From Paraphysomonas bandaiensis (Eukaryota > Protista > Chrysophyceae): 64,000 nucleotides of DNA. The notes below the pieces were generated by a model. That model had not been told where the DNA came from. It saw only the letters and a program-made list of their open reading frames with translations, and did not search any database. Below, in pieces: positions 21,563-36,100 of this stretch; position 1 is the stretch's first letter; every line of letters starts with the position of its first letter. The stretch is taken from contig CBFFRP010000058.1 of the NCBI GenBank assembly GCA_965644295.1, positions 62,001-126,000 of the forward strand, read 5' to 3'. The position numbers were made by a program, and so were the translations under genes.

Positions 21563-24500
21563 ATATCACTGTTCCCTCTTTCGATTTGTCTAATTAATTG
21601 ACGCATTACATAAAATATCAAACTTACTCTGGGCCTGTGATCAAATGTATACAGTTATGATAGGTTTTGTTTTGTCGGTTATATTGTCAACTCTTTTACC
21701 GGTGCTGTGGTTGCTACTAGCCATTGAATTGTTCAATTACGTAGGTCGTGTATAGCTGGTGCATTATAAACTGATTTGTAGAATGGACAACTCATATCGT
21801 AAATGCATAGTGTATAGAGTATTTCTTTAAGTCACTACGATGATGACATCTCTACCATCTACCAATATCTCATGATGGAAATGTCACTATATTGGAAAAG
21901 TGTCCTTTGCTTAGAGTGCATGGTCCATAATACATATTATTAGCCCCAGACCTCATCTTCGAATTAATTATCATTATATGTTTAATAACTTCGATATATG
22001 TCATACAATACACGATACACCTATATTTACTGTACTCGGTATATGTACTATCTCCTTATTCCATATCATGTTTCGGTATGATTATATGTTGAGGATAAAT
22101 CGAGAATGTGGAATGTGTGATAGGTCGATACTCGATAGGTCTAGCTTCACAGGGTGAGAAACACTACCACACGCGTAGCTGCTAAACAACAACTTGCTTG
22201 TTGACTACTCTCGTTTGCCGTATGAGTACTAACATGCATACCACTACGAAAAAGAAACCAGTAACACTTTTTAAATACATATTAATTAAGAAATTTTGGT
22301 ATGATTTGGAGTAGTTACTACAACATACTATAAAAAGATAAAAAGCGTACAATAGATTTCAGGACAATATATATTAAGTTAGCTTCCTGAAAGCAATTGT
22401 TCCACCTATATCACTTGCACTCTTTAATAGCAGATGTAATTACACTCTACCTATATTTAATACCTATCCCTTTTCTTTCAAAGCTGAATAGCAGAGGAAA
22501 CATAAGGATTTTTCGTATAATATATTGATAAGAGTATAAATATGTAAAAATATTGAACCTAGTCAATTTGGTTGAAAAATCTAGTCATGCCAAAATTGTA
22601 GGAATAACCTATAGTCTAAGTATTAAATGACTTAACCTACTACTAGTCAATTTTGGTATTAAATATAGTTGTTCTTATATCCATTGATTACACACTGTGA
22701 CTGTCTAAGACATCATCTCACACCACACAACATATTAATGACTTACAGAGCATCAAAACGAACATGGGTCCCTTGAGAGTGTTATGGGAAGGAGGGGTCA
22801 TTGAAGCTGTCGATATGATCTGCAGGACAACTCTTGATCTTCATATGCATAAGGGCTAGCACTAATCTTCCTTCACTTCTCCACTGAATGACTTCGATTG
22901 CTGCATTGGCTTTCATGAGTGAAAACATCCACCTGGCTCATTAAGATAAAAGGAATACGGTAATATATATATAGTAATGTAAGACGAGAAGGTACTTACG
23001 CCCGCTATTGACTACTTGTACATACGATGGTAACGAAAGTCCATGGTAGCCGGTACAGTGTTATGATAGTATCACAATTACACACTGCAACTCATATTTG
23101 AAACAACGTGACAGAGTATGTCATCTTTTATTTGTGTATCCACATAAGTATCAGTATCTTGTAGTCCGACTATCGTAGCTATTTAACTGATTAGATTTAG
23201 TACATATTGGACTACATAATATTATATATAGGTTCCTTTAAGATAGAACTGTATAATTTGTTAAATACAATGTAAAAACGAAACCATAATACATAGTGCT
23301 GTATAACTGAACTGTACTGAGGTATCATGTCATGACAATTCAGGGTACGAGAATTTATCAGTGGCTGCTATCAGAATATATATGCTAAAATTGAGTTGGT
23401 GGTAAGATTTACGTAAAATAATCACCAGTATTGTGTAAGCAATCAAAATAATCTATCTTCTACTCTGACGACTTATCTACTTTTAACGACCTAGGTTTTA
23501 GCCTACTCTAATAATATACTCTATATAATATACACAACATACAGAGTAAAATACTCCAGTGTCGCTTTTAGTCATTTTAGACCTTAGATTGTTAAAGAAG
23601 AGTTATGTTGTTAGTCTGGATAGATTATTATCAACGAAGAGGCAATTGTGGTTGTCATGTGAAGCATATCAAGAATATATTTTTATATTTCTTTGTCAAC
23701 TACTGATGTACTGCTGAAGCTTGAATCATCATGATATTGTAGCTGTAATATATAGTCATATTGACAATGTATTACAGTTTTTCGCTTTGCATTCAACATA
23801 TTCTACCATATAGAGAAACATACGAGTTACAACAGCCCCCAATATATTGCACGAAATATATTATAAGTAAAGCAAGGATAATAAATAATACATCTATATT
23901 ACAATACAAAATATTTTTAGCCTCCCTGTGTGAAGCATCATAGATATATTGATTAATCAGATAATTCATCTAAGTGATGACGTGTATTTAACAGAATTGT
24001 GAATGCTGATTTAAGTTTAGTAATAGTAAGAAGAATGTTGTAATTATTAGAATAATGTAAAGTGATGAACACAGTAATGTGGAAAAGTGAATAATAGTGC
24101 AGAACATAACTATCACACACTGTGTCAACAGAATAGTTAGAAGTAGAATTGACAATGACCATTGTTATGATGACGATCATATATCTTCAACAGATACAAT
24201 CATTAATTCAGCTCATGATATATTTCATTTAACATCATATATCTTATATAAAAATGAATCCTAATTCTGTGCTTGTCCTTGTTATGTCTAATTCTCATAA
24301 AGCTATAACAACGACAATGCTCCCGAAGCACTACAGCACACAAATCTCGTATTATTATTTGATCACAACAATATGCATACACGAATATATTCAAATTAAG
24401 AGGACAACACGCTAATAAGACAATGGACAATGTTCGCTTGACATAACCGAACGCATAGGTATTGCATGCTAGCATGGTATAATCAATCTCAATAATATCA

Positions 24501-24569
24501 AGACTAGACAACGACAACTCCAGCGACTTGACCATTGACACAAGTCACACAAGAATATATTGAAGGAAA

Positions 24570-27481
24570 TTAGGAAGGGTGCATCTGAGGAAGATGAACC
24601 CTACCTTCACCTACTGGTGGTATTTGCGGCTGCCCCGGTTTTGGCATTTTGAAACCTCCTCTGAGAACGTACCCAGAAGAATTCGACTTAGCCATACGTC
24701 TGGCTTCTTCATCACTTATAGGGTTTGTTCCAGGTACGCGAACAGATTCTATCCGCCTCCTACTATGACCTGGATACGTACTACTTTCCTCGTCCATCGA
24801 GGCAGAAGAATCAAAGAAACTTCCCTCACCGTAGCCTCCCCCATGTTGCCCAATAGAAGCAAAGCTTTTGCTATGCGTCGCTGGACCCTCAGAAAAAACT
24901 GAGCCCTGAGCATTCATAGCTGCGGATGGTGTCTTCGCTCGGCTCGCAGTGGAAACAGAGTCCCTTTGGACCTGTTGTATATAACATACCAGTAAACATG
25001 GGAATATAAACAAACACATCAAGAGCGTTAAAGGGGAAAACGCAGTCACAGATATCCCGATGCTTACCTTGCTAACAAGTGGGCGATCACAAGCTATGCA
25101 AGAAGGGATTTTAAGTCGACCTAACCGCGTGCTTCCAGTGGCAAGAACCTGCATATGAACGTAAGACCAACAATACGACCAATCGAGGCGGATTATCATA
25201 CCTGGTCATGTTTAGACATTGCAAGTTGCAAGGCGTGATGGAATCGCGTTACAAACATGTCTCTCGCCTCTAAACGTATCGCTCCTACCGAGGGAGCCAG
25301 CTCGTTGAGTTTGTCTCGCAAGCCAATCATAACCTTGTCAACAAGAACTTGTCGCTTATCAGTCACTGGATCATCGTAACTTATATCTGAAGGATCTCCT
25401 CTGATAATCTTTTGGATGACTTCCATATCGGCGGTCTCTGCAAGAACTGCGGCGAGACTCTGTGCTACACCTGCGAGGTCACCACAGAGTGCACTGGGCA
25501 TATCTCTTGGAACCATATTGCGGAAAGATGCTATTTCCTCAAAATTCATACACATGTCGGCTATTAGCTCGATGCGGTCTCCAGCTGCCGAGCTTACACT
25601 CATGTCAGCTGATCCTGGGCGCTGTTCCTCTGCGTCTACCATCTGTACCACCCTCTTCGCAGCTTCATCCTTCTGGGAACGAATAGGTGCAGCGCTAATA
25701 ATGGTTCCTGACTTCGATTTGGAACCTGCTCCGGCAGCGATCACGGCTACAGAATCTTTTAACTCCTGGACCTTCACATCTGTCTCAGCCGCCTGCTGGC
25801 TAACAGTTTCTTCAATATTTCGCTTTGTAGTAGCAATACGAGAAATCATTTTCTCTTCAGTTACCTGAAATCAGGGCACAATATAAGTCAGCATAGTACG
25901 ACATTGAGAACGCATCACACATACCGCAATCACGTTCACTACTTCATCGATTCGTTTTTCTTGCATCTCCCCATTCTCAACAACCTCGGCCACATTTCTG
26001 AGAATTTTCTTTATACGGTCATCCTGAGACTCGCAAACGTCTTTCACAACTGACATCTGCTCTTTAAGCAACGCCAGGTCTTCTAATTGATTCTGCTGGT
26101 CTTGTATCATTGTTTTCGTATATTTGAGAGAGTCCTTGAGATTGCCGATTTCTTTATTATTGGCTTCAATTTTGACAGCTTCGACATTGATTTTATTTGG
26201 CACATCTTTCAATTCTTCGTTCATTTCTGCCTGCTCTTTCTTAACCTCAACAACCTGCATCTGAACATTGTTTATGCTTTCCTCCAAAATCTCGCTCCCC
26301 TGTTTTAGAGCCTCAATACTCTCTTCACTACGAGTCACTTTTGTGGTCAGCTCAAACTGCTGCAGCGACTCAACATAATTCAGAATAGAGTTCTGCTTAT
26401 CGATCGTAGTATTGAGCAGTTCTTCAATGGCTTCCTGGTTTGCTCTCATGGCCTCCATATCTGCAGCATACGTTTCCTTAAAGGCCTCAAAAGATTCCAG
26501 AAGCTCCTGGATATTTGCTGTAACCGTTTCATATCGCTCATCTGATCGGGTAATTTCCTCTCTCAATACTTCATCGCACGCAGTGAGATTTTCCTCTAAT
26601 ACTTCGAGACGCTCGTTCGCCGACCCCTCAAAGTCTGCAAAGTCTTTTACCACAAGATCATGCGCGTTGACAAGTTCGTCGATCGATGCTTTCGTGTCTC
26701 CGTCCAATTGAGTTAAGTGCTCTCGCAGTGCCGTCACATCAGTTATCACACCTGATGTCGTCTCTTTCATAGTTCCCATCGTCTCCACTGTATTTTCGAA
26801 TTCAGACTTAATCCCAGCTCGAACTTTGCGAACCTCATTTTCCATATCCGCAACACGGGTCTCTACCATCGCTGCTGACTTGTCACTATGCTCCTCGGCA
26901 GCTTTCAATCTATCCATGATAGAAGTCATCTCCTCCGTAAGCTTTTGACTTACAATTCCATGAATCTCATTAGCCACATTCCCAATGACAGCATCAGCTT
27001 TCTTATCTACATTTTGAACTTCCATCATAACTTGTTGGAGCTCAGAGGTAGTTGGTCGAATATATAGCAATTTATGCAAGCGATCAACTTCTAATGCCGC
27101 TGCAGCCGTTTTGGATTCAAATTGTAATTTTAATGCATTTGTTTTAATTTCAACTTCATGCCGTATTTTTTCAAGTAATTCTTCATCTTCATATATATTT
27201 TTTAAACTAATATCCTGCTGTTGTTGTTGTTGTTGATGATGATGATCTCGTCTATCACGTATAGTCTTTTGATATGTTTGTTCTAACATCTCTAAACGTG
27301 GTAATACAGAAGATGCCCATACTGGAACACTATCTTGTTTCTGATAATCAGATAATTGTTTTTCTAAATCTTTTAATGAGTTTAATAAAGCAGATGTATC
27401 GACATGTAGGATTTGTTCCATACGATTAACTGGATCTGCTTTCGGATCAATTGATGATCCTGTACGTGATAAACTAGACAT
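24570..27481 (-). CDS. Large coiled-coil protein with C-terminal CxxCDRP motif (DUF4795/QRICH2-like, tentative); introns 25865-25924, 25149-25201, 24972-25067
   Basis: Three long collinear ORFs joined in frame by GT-AG introns; extended heptads; SCIACDRPL. Confidence 0.8.
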
Positions 27482-27974
27482 TATAATAAATTTAATATAC
27501 TTGTAATGAATAGAAGTGATGAAGAGATCTCAATATCTCTATATATATATATGAGTGTTTAAGTGAGAAGTTTCCTATGAGATGGTACGTATATACACCA
27601 CACTCTAGACCACTACGTATATATATACTATACATACATATGATACTGTCAAGTACTGAGCTGTGCTGTGTGTTGTATGTGTATGTATGTATGTATATAG
27701 AGAGATGAAGTATATACGTTACACAATTCTTGGGAGTTGTGTTTTTTTTTATTGGTAAGGAAGGAATATTGAATTTTATGATATGAAAATTATGAATTTT
27801 TTTAGTTATCGAATTGAAAATCAGTAATTTATAGAATATATCACTAGTTTTTTAGTTTTCGTACTTTGAAACTCCAAATCGAATCGTTTGTTGTATGTAT
27901 GGAAGTATACAAGGATAGTCTGCATTGACTGAAACATTGTTGCATATCTATTGGACAAATAGAAGGTCTTCAGC

Positions 27975-28093
27975 ATGGACGGTCATACAATGCAAACCGC
28001 ACCCGCTCTCGTTCCGCTCGCGGAAGTTAAGTTGCATCTGGCCCGGTTAGTAGTACGGTGGGTGACCACGTGCGAAGTCCGGGTACTGTCCGT
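27975..28093 (+). rRNA. 5S: 5S rRNA, copy 1
   Basis: 119 nt; termini pair (ATGGAC/GTCCGT); GAAGTTAAG and GTTAGTAGTACGGTGGGTGACC internal boxes; T-run Pol III terminator follows. Confidence 0.95.
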
Positions 28094-28294
28094 TTTTGTC
28101 TTTTTTTGACGAAAATATGTATTTCTCGTACCAATCTACTGTACATTTTATGGGGTTTTTGACAGAAGTATGCCAAAATTTAACGAAGTACTGTATATCT
28201 ACAGTGCATTATCAGATCAGTGAATGTGTGAGCTATAACAGTGTACTGCAGAAGTGGTAATGCATTTCTATGTACTAAATCAGGTCGAATCAGT

Positions 28295-28413
28295 ATGGAC
28301 GGTCATACAATGCAAACCGCACCCGCTCTCGTTCCGCTCGCGGAAGTTAAGTTGCATCTGGCCCGGTTAGTAGTACGGTGGGTGACCACGTGCGAAGTCC
28401 GGGTACTGTCCGT
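28295..28413 (+). rRNA. 5S: 5S rRNA, copy 2
   Basis: Identical to copy 1, 320 bp downstream; T-run terminator. Confidence 0.95.
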
Positions 28414-28699
28414 TTTTGTCTTTTGGTTCACACAAAAAAAACACTCTTCTCAATGAACGGGTTACATAATTTTATACGGGTTGACCACTGTACAGTTATT
28501 ATTACAGTCTTTATATATGAAGAGATACATACATACACATATGTATGGTATGTACACATACATATCATCATATGACTATATATCTATACACCTCTATGGC
28601 TCTACCTCACTCTACATAGAAGAATAACATCACAACTCACATATACACATACATACATATATAACTAACTCATTTATATAAATACTTTCAATATTTCCA

Positions 28700-29596
28700 A
28701 TGCAATCACATCAAAGAACACCATCATTACGTAGTATTGGTCGTCCTGAATCGACTCGTGTCATACAATTATCACATAAATTTGTATTTATGGATATGAA
28801 TGAATTAATTCCATCAGATAAACATATGGATTTAGAAGCATTAATACAATCTGAAATATTAAATAAAGATTCAATTCATAATGATGATGATAACAATCAA
28901 TCTGATGATATAATTGAATCTAAAGGAGTAACCCATGAGAAGATTCATCACAGACATACAGATTCATCTAATACAATAAGATTATCAAGGAAATGTATGT
29001 TCTTGGATATAGATGAGTTAGCACCATGTAAAGAACAAGAAACTCTTAATGAATTAGTCGTTCAGTTCCTCGATGATAATGAATTACCGATTAATCCTGA
29101 TAGTCCCATGTCTTCATCATCGGGTGCTCAAACTCCAGATAGAAAGTTGACTCGAGACGAATCCATACGATCCATTCAGCTTTCGAGGAAATTTTTTTTT
29201 CTAGATTTAAATGAAATAATGCCTGGTGATAAGCAGGATGAGCTTGAAGAAGTAGTGCAACAATTTCTTGAAGAAAATAAGTTAAGCTCTAGCGACAATC
29301 CTGTTGACCTAACTGCGCCTGCATCATCTGAAGATACTTTAGATGACGTTTCGGTGGACAGCAGCCGATCATCCACTCGAATTATTCAACTGTCACATAA
29401 ATTCGTGTTTTTAAACTTGGGTAGCCTGGTGCCCGAAACGAAGCAAGATGAACTGGAAGAACGTATACAAGAATTCTTAGAAAAAACAGAATGCGCCGAT
29501 CCTACAGAAAAACTCCTGCCTGCGTCAGGTGTGTCGTCATCTGGAACCGTATCCGAGCGGAAATCGTTTTTTCCTTCCTTCTGTGCTGTTATGTAA
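28700..29596 (+). CDS. Hypothetical protein with four ~38-aa internal repeats and a C-terminal CaaX box
   Basis: 298-aa intronless ORF; repeat I(Q/R)LS(H/R)K(F/C).F.D..E..P...Q..LEE..Q.FL; ends CAVM*. Confidence 0.85.
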   Translation: MQSHQRTPSLRSIGRPESTRVIQLSHKFVFMDMNELIPSDKHMDLEALIQSEILNKDSIHNDDDNNQSDDIIESKGVTHEKIHHRHTDSSNTIRLSRKCMFLDIDELAPCKEQETLNELVVQFLDDNELPINPDSPMSSSSGAQTPDRKLTRDESIRSIQLSRKFFFLDLNEIMPGDKQDELEEVVQQFLEENKLSSSDNPVDLTAPASSEDTLDDVSVDSSRSSTRIIQLSHKFVFLNLGSLVPETKQDELEERIQEFLEKTECADPTEKLLPASGVSSSGTVSERKSFFPSFCAVM

Positions 29597-30959
29597 CAGT
29601 GTTGTCGGGCGTAGAAAATGAGAGACGAGGAATATAGTGTGTTGTGCGAAAGTACATATATTTCAGCTATCCAGTATAAACGGAATTTATCTACTATGTT
29701 GGTAGATAATACAACGTACAAGAGCTGTCGTCTATGAACTGGATTGCATGTAACAGTGAGAGTAGCGATGCACTTACTACAATACAACTAATGATTGTGT
29801 AGTATTCAAATTGTTTTGATGTCCACATGTATTCGTTATAGATATCTCAGCTATTGATAAAGTATTGTCGTAATTTACTACGAAGTAAATATGGAATTTA
29901 TATCTACGACAATAACGCTTGAGTATGGCTCACTTTCAGTCTGTTGAAACTGTCATTTGATGAATTACATTATTTTTATAGCTCGTGCAATTCATTGTAT
30001 CCAATTTCCAACTAACAACGTTAGTGCCACAACAACGCTTCATTTCATCCGCTTTGATACAATGAGATTTCTCTTGTGCGATGACAAAAAGAGATAGATA
30101 TGTCAAGGTTTGACATTATATGAGAAGTATTAACTTAACAACAGAAGGGAACTTATACTCAAAGCTGAGAATTATAAATTATAATCAATATCTCTTATCA
30201 TTCATCAATATCATGTTGTCTCCACTACCACTCATTTCTCGTACGACGATCTTACATCGTCACTACAACTTGCATCGTCACAATATTCCGTTTTACCACT
30301 ATATGCTTATCGTCATTCATTCTCACAATACGATTAACAAGACTACAACTGTATAATACAGTAATTTAAATACCTTATAACTACAGCTTTCAATTGCTCT
30401 CATATAGCAGAACTCAACAAGATAGAATGGAGCATGGGCTAAGCCGTGGATTTTGTATCTATACAATTCCCTCTAAGTTGAATACATACACGTTTTAAAA
30501 TTCTCATGATAGTATAATGAACACATGTTAAAATTCTATAAATTATAAATACCCCTAAGAGTGTATGTCCTACTATTAGCAATAAGCAATATACGCTAAT
30601 GTTCAATCTACTTTAATACTTATCGTTTGGTACTGTTGGAAAATAGCGAATGGAAAGCTCAGTTTATTGCATTACAGTAGAACTATTAACTATTATACAA
30701 GACTGGAAATAATCTTCAGTTATAATTCATGCAACATTATTTATTCTAACAAATACTGGGTACTATCTACTTAATCATTCATTTAAGACATGTGGCTATA
30801 TACCATTAATAAAACTCATAACATAATCCGCACCATGTACTATATTCGTGCAATATCGTCAATTGCAGAACAATATTATTTCAATAAAACACTCCAAAAA
30901 AAACATATTAAGATTCACTGATAACTACGCGTACGGTATATTATATCTGCTTGTAATTT

Positions 30960-32252
30960 TTAAACTTTAGTTGTCACTTTCATGACTTTATCATTGGATG
31001 TCTGCGGGCGGGGTGATTTTCCTTTGTCATCCTCGTTCCCCTTTTTTCTCTTATGAGTCATTGTGCTCCGCCGGCGAGGATTGGTGCTGAATCTCGGTAC
31101 GTTTACAGTCTTGGGAACTTTAAAACTCCCAATCTTACGTAGTACAATAGATCCCCTAGACATGACTCTCGTAATTGGTGCGAGTATTTTGGCTCTACTC
31201 GACATCTTTGTCATGTCGGGTGCTACATTTTCATCCTACATGGATAAGTCATTAAAACATCAGCATAACAAGCCGCTAATGAACTTCACCTCTTCACATA
31301 TTGAACCCTTCTGCATGTAGTCAAGAGAATTGCCACCAGTCAAATTCGTTACAGTGGTTACATTACTCACACCTGTATCACTTGTCTTTGTAACAGAGTC
31401 CATTGTGTCTAGTGACATCTTTTCCCCACAATACTCCAGCAATTTCGGACTCAACATAGCGTCTAACGGGAGAATAGCTGGAAAACGAGTATCAGCAGGG
31501 GATGTATGCAAATCAGAGTGCGGTTGAGGGCTGTGTTCTGATGCCGTGTTGCGAGCGTCAGTGGAAAGTTTAGATACTACACCATCCAATTGTTTCACGA
31601 TCTCTGTGGCCTTCGATCGCTCCATTTCATGGGATTTCTCTACTTTTTCCAGACTGATCCGGTTGCGTGTAAAACGATGTTGAGAACTAGATGCCTTCTT
31701 TTCAGCTTCGGCCCAGGTAACATCAACTCCCCACGCACGCACTGCCGGGCGGTCTACAATGTGCTCCATTAAAAGCATACGTCGCTCCTGCGAGAGCAAA
31801 GTATCAGGTGCAAGATTATTTTGAGAGTCCACGAAACTGTCAAGTTTATGAACAGCAATTTTTCGTGAGATTACAGAGACAGCTAGAGTTTCCAAAAAAT
31901 GGTCGAAAGTTATTTCAGCATCTGCACCTTTGATATTAAACATCAGAATTAAATCTTTCTTAAAACGAACTATTCCAGCAGACAAAAATGATTCAACAAT
32001 AGTTTCAAATGAAACTGTCCCTGATTTTCCACTCATCATTTTAAACCATTTATGATATTTAATAATTTGTGATTGAGTTAATGTTCCACATTCTCGTCGG
32101 AGTACAATAGAGGATGATGTGTCAGTAGAGGACGATACAGGTGATCCTAAGTGCGGTAATGAACATGGAGATTTCATATCATGATGTGAATGTGATGTTT
32201 CATCATATGATTTTATATCAGTATCAACTTTTAAATTAGATACATGATGCAT
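30960..32252 (-). CDS. Hypothetical protein with a degenerate EF-hand-like pair; intron 31236-31289
   Basis: Two ORFs joined in frame (ICEE|DENVAPDMTK); WFKMMSGKSGTVSFETI and ADAEITFDHFLETL resemble EF-hands. Confidence 0.72.
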
Positions 32253-32807
32253 GATTTCTATAGTTAACAATAGTATGAAGTAGTGTTTAGATGTGATATG
32301 TATATAGATAGTAAGAAACTCTACATGTATTGATATATAGCATATAGTAATGTTATATTCTTGTTATAATGAGTGATATAATCGTTTGTTTAAGGGCAAT
32401 AGTGATCTATATTATCTTTCCCTAATAAGGAAGCAGTGAGGGATATATGTATGTATATATGTATGTATGTATGGCGATATGGTGTGTTGCAGTTGCCCTT
32501 ATATTGTCATTGTAGACGTTATATCAAGATAATTAGCCAATTAAATAGAATTATTATGATTACATATGATATGATTGGATAGAGGACACTAGTGGAGGGA
32601 ATACTAAGTTATACCTAAAGACAATTCCTATTTGGAAAAATAAGAAATTTATATAAAAACTATAGTTTTATAGAACAATGATCATAATAAGTGGGATATT
32701 TAGGAATCCATTGGTTGAACATGAATCTTCACATACTTTGGTTACCACTCACCATCAGCAGATGAAGAAATAAGAATGTGAAAGAAGGTGCAGAGAATCA
32801 TCATGAG

Positions 32808-33005
32808 TATGTATGTATGTATGTATGTATGTATGTATGTATGTATGTATGTATGTATGTATGTATGTATGTATGTATGTATGTATGTATGTATGTATGT
32901 ATGTATGTATGTATGTATGTATGTATGTATGTATGTATGTATGTATGTATGTATGTATGTATGTATGTATGTATGTATGTATGTATGTATGTATGTATGT
33001 ATGTA
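32808..33005. repeat. (TATG)n microsatellite, about 49 units
   Basis: Perfect tetranucleotide run. Confidence 0.99.
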
Positions 33006-33169
33006 CAGTATGATATATATGTACAGTATGATATATATGTACACAAGTATGTGGATATATGAATGTATATGTCAATGTATGGATATATAGATGTGTGATG
33101 TTATATATATAGCTTCTACTTATATGACGACCTCCTGTATCACATATCCCCTATAAAATAACAAGATAC

Positions 33170-36100
33170 ATGGATAGCAAGGAAGTGTTTCGAGTAAGAG
33201 AGGCTGGTAGTGGAGATATATATACGATACGGTTGGACACTGTGGACTTCAGGTAAATATAACATATAGTGTATATAGCATACACCACACGTCACTCTAC
33301 AGTACTAGATACCCATACTATACCATACTATACATATATACCTGCATAACACACTATACCATACATATAACACACTATACCATACATATAACACACTATA
33401 CCATACATATAACGCACTATACCATACATATAACACACTATACCATACATATAACACACTATACCATACATATAACACACTATACCATACATATAACACA
33501 CTATACCATACATATAACACACTATACCATACATATAACACACTATACCATACATATAACACACTATACCATACATATAACACACTATACCATACATATA
33601 ACACACTATACCATACATATAACACACTATACCATACATATAACACACTATACCATACATATAACACACTATACCATACATATAACACACTATACCATAC
33701 ATATAACACACTATACCATACATATAACACACTATACCATACATATAACACACTATACCATACATATAACACACTATACCATACATATAACACACTATAC
33801 CATACATATAACACACTATACCATACATATAACACACTATACCATACATATAACACACTATACCATACATATAACACACTATACCATACATATAACACAC
33901 TATACCATACATATAACACACTATACCATACATATAACACACTATACCATACATATAACACACTATACCATACATATAACACACTATACCATACATATAA
34001 CACACTATACCATACATATAACACACTATACCATACATATAACACACTATACCATACATATAACACACTATACCATACATATAACACACTATACCATACA
34101 TATAACACACTATACCATACATATAACACACTATACCATACATATAACGCACTATACCATACATATAACACACTATACCATACATATAACACACTATACC
34201 ATACATATAACACACTATACCATACTATACATATATACCTGCATAACACACTATACCATACATATAACACACTATACCATACATATAACACACTATACCA
34301 TACATATAACACACTATACCATACATATAACACACTATACCATACATATAACACACTATACCATACATATAACACACTATACTATACTACATATATATAA
34401 TACTATACTATATAGGTAACACCGTACTATACATTTAACACACTACGCTATACTGTACGATATACATATATAGCACACTATGTCATACTGTACATATAAC
34501 ACACAATACTATACATCTACATAGTACTACACTATACATATATATAACACACTATACCATACATATAACACACTATACTGTACTACACTTGTATATAATA
34601 CTATACTATATAGGTAACACACTATACCATACATATAACACACTATACCATACATATAACACACTATACCATACATATAACACACTATACCATACATATA
34701 ACACACTATACTATACATATAACACACTATACCATACATATAACACACTATACCATACATATAATTCTATACTATATAGGTAGCACAATACTATACATTT
34801 AACACACTATACAATACTATACTATACTGCCACATAGCACACAACACTATACTATACATATAACACATCACACTATAATGTACTACATATATATATAATA
34901 CTATACTATATAGGTAACACCGTACTATACATTTAACACACTACGCTATACTATACGATATATATATATAGCACACTATGTCATACTGTACATATAACAC
35001 ACAATACTATACATATGCATAATACTATACTGTACATATAACACACAATACTACACTACACTGACATTTAACTCACCACACTATACTATACATATATATA
35101 TAATACTATACTATATAGGTAACACACTACACAATACTATACATTTATCACACTACGCTATGCTATAGGATATACATATATAGCACGCTATACCATACTG
35201 TACATGTAACACACAATACTATACATATATATAGTACTATACTATACTGTACATATAACACACTATACTATACATATAACACATCATACTATACTAGCAT
35301 ATAACACACAATACTATACTGTACTATACATATATAAACACTAAACTATACATTTAACACTCCACACTACACTATATACTATGCTATACTTATATAGCAC
35401 GCTATACTATACTGTACAATAAAGCACACTGCACTGCACTATATCATAGAGTAATATATATTATATACGCGCTATAGAACTTGCATGTATATAACATAGT
35501 ATACTGTAATGTAGCGTAATATACAATAATAATATATAACTGCTACAGTAATATAATATAGTGTAATATACTAGAAATCTATGCATGTATAAAACACACT
35601 ATACTATGGCGTAATATATACTATATATAAAACTATACTCTGTGCACTATACGACCATACTGTCGAATATAACTATGCGTTTTTAAACACACCATAATAT
35701 TACCATATAACATACACTAGTTATATTATACAACACAACTGCACTACCTAACTCATTGATGATTGTAGTTTACACGCACTGCGAACCTGTCTATCGACCT
35801 TCTCTGGTATTCCACCCAGTGACCAGATACTTTTAATTGGGCCCCCATACAAATCCCTCGAATCAAAGGTATGGATTGACTCGCTATTATCTAATATTTG
35901 CTTTGTATTAATGTATGATATAGTTTACATTTAATCTACAAGAGAACGGTCAATTGATTTTTCTATATGATCGAAGGAAATTTTCTGATGATTTTTTGTC
36001 AATGAGTGACATACGGCTGAAGCCTTTTGATATTCCCGAGCCGGGATTAACTGGTGAGTAGATATCACAGTTACAATTTTTATAATCACAGAATCGATAG

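Noticed and set aside
22740-23060. Minus-strand exon-intron-exon-like segment
   Set aside because: Frames examined contain several stops; no product could be assigned.
28241-28575. ORFs overlapping the second 5S gene
   Set aside because: Incidental frames across an rRNA gene.
33315-34763. CRISPR-like array
   Set aside because: Head-to-tail units with no unique spacers; eukaryotic intron; no cas genes.
32742-34783. Long ORFs such as (MYVC)n, (YIHT)n and (VLYVWYS)n
   Set aside because: Translations of the TATG microsatellite and the 21-bp minisatellite, not genes.
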